This document shows, in pieces, positions 62,291 to 64,000 of a DNA stretch of 64,000 nucleotides. The position numbers and the translations under genes were made by a program. The stretch's first letter is position 1; each line of letters begins with the position of its first letter. The notes under the pieces were generated by a model. The model was not told the origin of the DNA and ran no database searches. It was given only the letters and a program-made list of their open reading frames with translations. Source of the stretch: Candidatus Tayloriibacteriota bacterium (lineage in GTDB: Bacteria > Patescibacteriota > Minisyncoccia > Phycocordibacterales > PALSA-1337); NCBI GenBank assembly GCA_943350765.1, contig CALRAJ010000001.1, positions 191,066 to 255,065 of the forward strand, read 5' to 3'.

Positions 62291-64000
62291 TTACTCGTTT
62301 CGACTTGCCTCCATGTCAGAAATCATTTTCCACTTTGGACTACCCTTGAAACCACTACCTGCAGGAATAAGTCGTCCGATAATAACATTCTCCATAAGAC
62401 CTTCGAGTTCATCTTTATTTCCACGGATAGCACTGTTGATCAATATGCGAGTTGTATGCTGGAACGATGCAGCTGAAAGGAAGCTCTTTCGTGAGAGTGA
62501 TACTTCTGTAATACCCATTACAATAGCTTCGGCTTTTGCCTCTTCCGCACCATTTTTCTTTACAGCATCATTTTCAATAGTAAATTCATTTTTTGTAACA
62601 ATATCTCCTACAATAAATCCAGTATCCCCAGATTCTTTTATCTTTAATCTAGAGAACATTTGTCTAACAATAATTTCGATATGTTTTCTTGATACAGACT
62701 CGCCTTGAAGCTCATAAATCTTGCTCACTTCAGTGATCACATATTCTCGAGCCTTATCTTTACCAGCATATTTGAATACTTCATCAATATCTGCAGAACC
62801 ATCAGTAATAATATCTCCCTTCTTTACCTTATCACCCACCTTTACCAGTGGCATACGGCGATAGTTTATAGAATACTCTATAGCACTACCAGTCTTGCCA
62901 CGATCCTCTAACTCAGGCATCATAGTGATGATTTTTTCTTTACCTAATTCCTTGATGTCAGTGATCATACCATCGGCAATGTTTACAATTGCTGGATTCT
63001 TTGGCTTTCTTTTCTCAAAGATTTCTTCAACTCGAGGTAGACCAGCAGTAATATCTCCGCCCACTGATGCAGTACCTCCAGCGTGGAAAGTACGCATTGT
63101 AAGCTGTGTTCCAGGCTCACCGATAGCCTGCCCTGCGACAGTACCTACAGCTTCACCTAGATCCACTAGCTTGTTTTTACCAAGATCGAGACCATAACAC
63201 TGCGCACAAATACCATCGAGAGATTTACACGAAAGTGGTGAGCGCACTACAACATGGTTTACACCAGCTTCTTCAATCATCACCGCTTCTTCTTTGGTTA
63301 TAAGATGTCCCTTTGATAGCAAGACCTTACCCTTCAAATCAACACAATCCGCAGATAGAACTCTACCACGGATACTCTTTGAAATTGCAACCTCAATGCC
63401 AAGTGAGTTTTCTTTGGTTATTACCACCCCTTCTTTTGCACCACAATCATCTTCACTTACCATAATATCCTGTGCAACCACGAAAAGTTTTCTAGTAAGA
63501 TATCCGGCCTTTGCAGTATTTAGGGCTGTATCAGTCAAACCCTTTCTAGAACCGTGAGTAGTGATGAAATATTCGATAGGAGTAAGACCTTCCTTACTAC
63601 AAGAAAGAATAGGGAGTTCTATAGTCTCACCAGCGGTATTTTGAATCAAACCCTTCATACCAGCCATCTGAGTAATCTGTGAATATGAACCTCTGGCACC
63701 AGAGTTTACCATGTCATATACTGAACCAACTTTATCTAGCGAGGCAGGAATTAGTTTTTCAACATCATTTTTAGCTTTGTGCCAGATTTCAATATTTTTT
63801 CTAAGTCGTTCCTCCTCCGTAAGTAAACCTTCGTTATACTGATTTACCACTGCTTCAGAAAGCACTTTCGCCTTTGCAATTATTTCGTGTTTTCCTTCTG
63901 GGATAACAATGTCGTCCATACCCCATGTGATACCTGATCTAGTAACATACTTAAATCCGAATGCCTTGATACGGTCAATAATAGGTGGCACATTTTCAAT
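62291..64000 (-). CDS. rpoC: RNA polymerase beta' subunit (C-terminal part, partial)
   Basis: SGARG, GSRKGLTDTALNTA..GYLTR, GEPGTQLTMRTFH, ENVIIGRLIPAG. Confidence 0.98.
   Translation of the reverse strand: MENVPPIIDRIKAFGFKYVTRSGITWGMDDIVIPEGKHEIIAKAKVLSEAVVNQYNEGLLTEEERLRKNIEIWHKAKNDVEKLIPASLDKVGSVYDMVNSGARGSYSQITQMAGMKGLIQNTAGETIELPILSCSKEGLTPIEYFITTHGSRKGLTDTALNTAKAGYLTRKLFVVAQDIMVSEDDCGAKEGVVITKENSLGIEVAISKSIRGRVLSADCVDLKGKVLLSKGHLITKEEAVMIEEAGVNHVVVRSPLSCKSLDGICAQCYGLDLGKNKLVDLGEAVGTVAGQAIGEPGTQLTMRTFHAGGTASVGGDITAGLPRVEEIFEKRKPKNPAIVNIADGMITDIKELGKEKIITMMPELEDRGKTGSAIEYSINYRRMPLVKVGDKVKKGDIITDGSADIDEVFKYAGKDKAREYVITEVSKIYELQGESVSRKHIEIIVRQMFSRLKIKESGDTGFIVGDIVTKNEFTIENDAVKKNGAEEAKAEAIVMGITEVSLSRKSFLSAASFQHTTRILINSAIRGNKDELEGLMENVIIGRLIPAGSGFKGSPKWKMISDMEASRNE

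Overview
AT-rich bacterial chromosome segment using genetic code 11 (TGA is a stop). Gene content points to a Patescibacteria/CPR genome, probably Parcubacteria: short ThrRS, short RF1 N-terminus, sigma-HTH/HARE-HTH protein, large surface proteins and an rpoC-dnaG-rpoD block. This taxonomic call is inference. Core genes are prfA, rpmE, rplY, fba, a PfkB kinase, gpmI, eno, thrS, gyrB, a fused PheRS, mnmA, mltG, leuS, ychF, rnpB, rpoD, dnaG and partial rpoC. Accessory content includes a DpnI-like nuclease next to a Fic gene, a Phd/RelE toxin-antitoxin pair, an AAA/DUF4143 ATPase divergent from an AEP-primase-SF2 helicase fusion, a 3-gene ParB-domain operon and twin RR-signal paralogs. The most unusual signals are non-coding: (i) several families of nested palindromic repeats that occur in empty and filled forms, show covarying stems and appear to enter coding frames and RNase P RNA; (ii) a roughly 430-nt structured transcription unit with a tRNA-like CCA element at 19.9-20.4 kb; (iii) a T-box riboswitch ahead of thrS. 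All calls come from motif reading only; no database searches were run.
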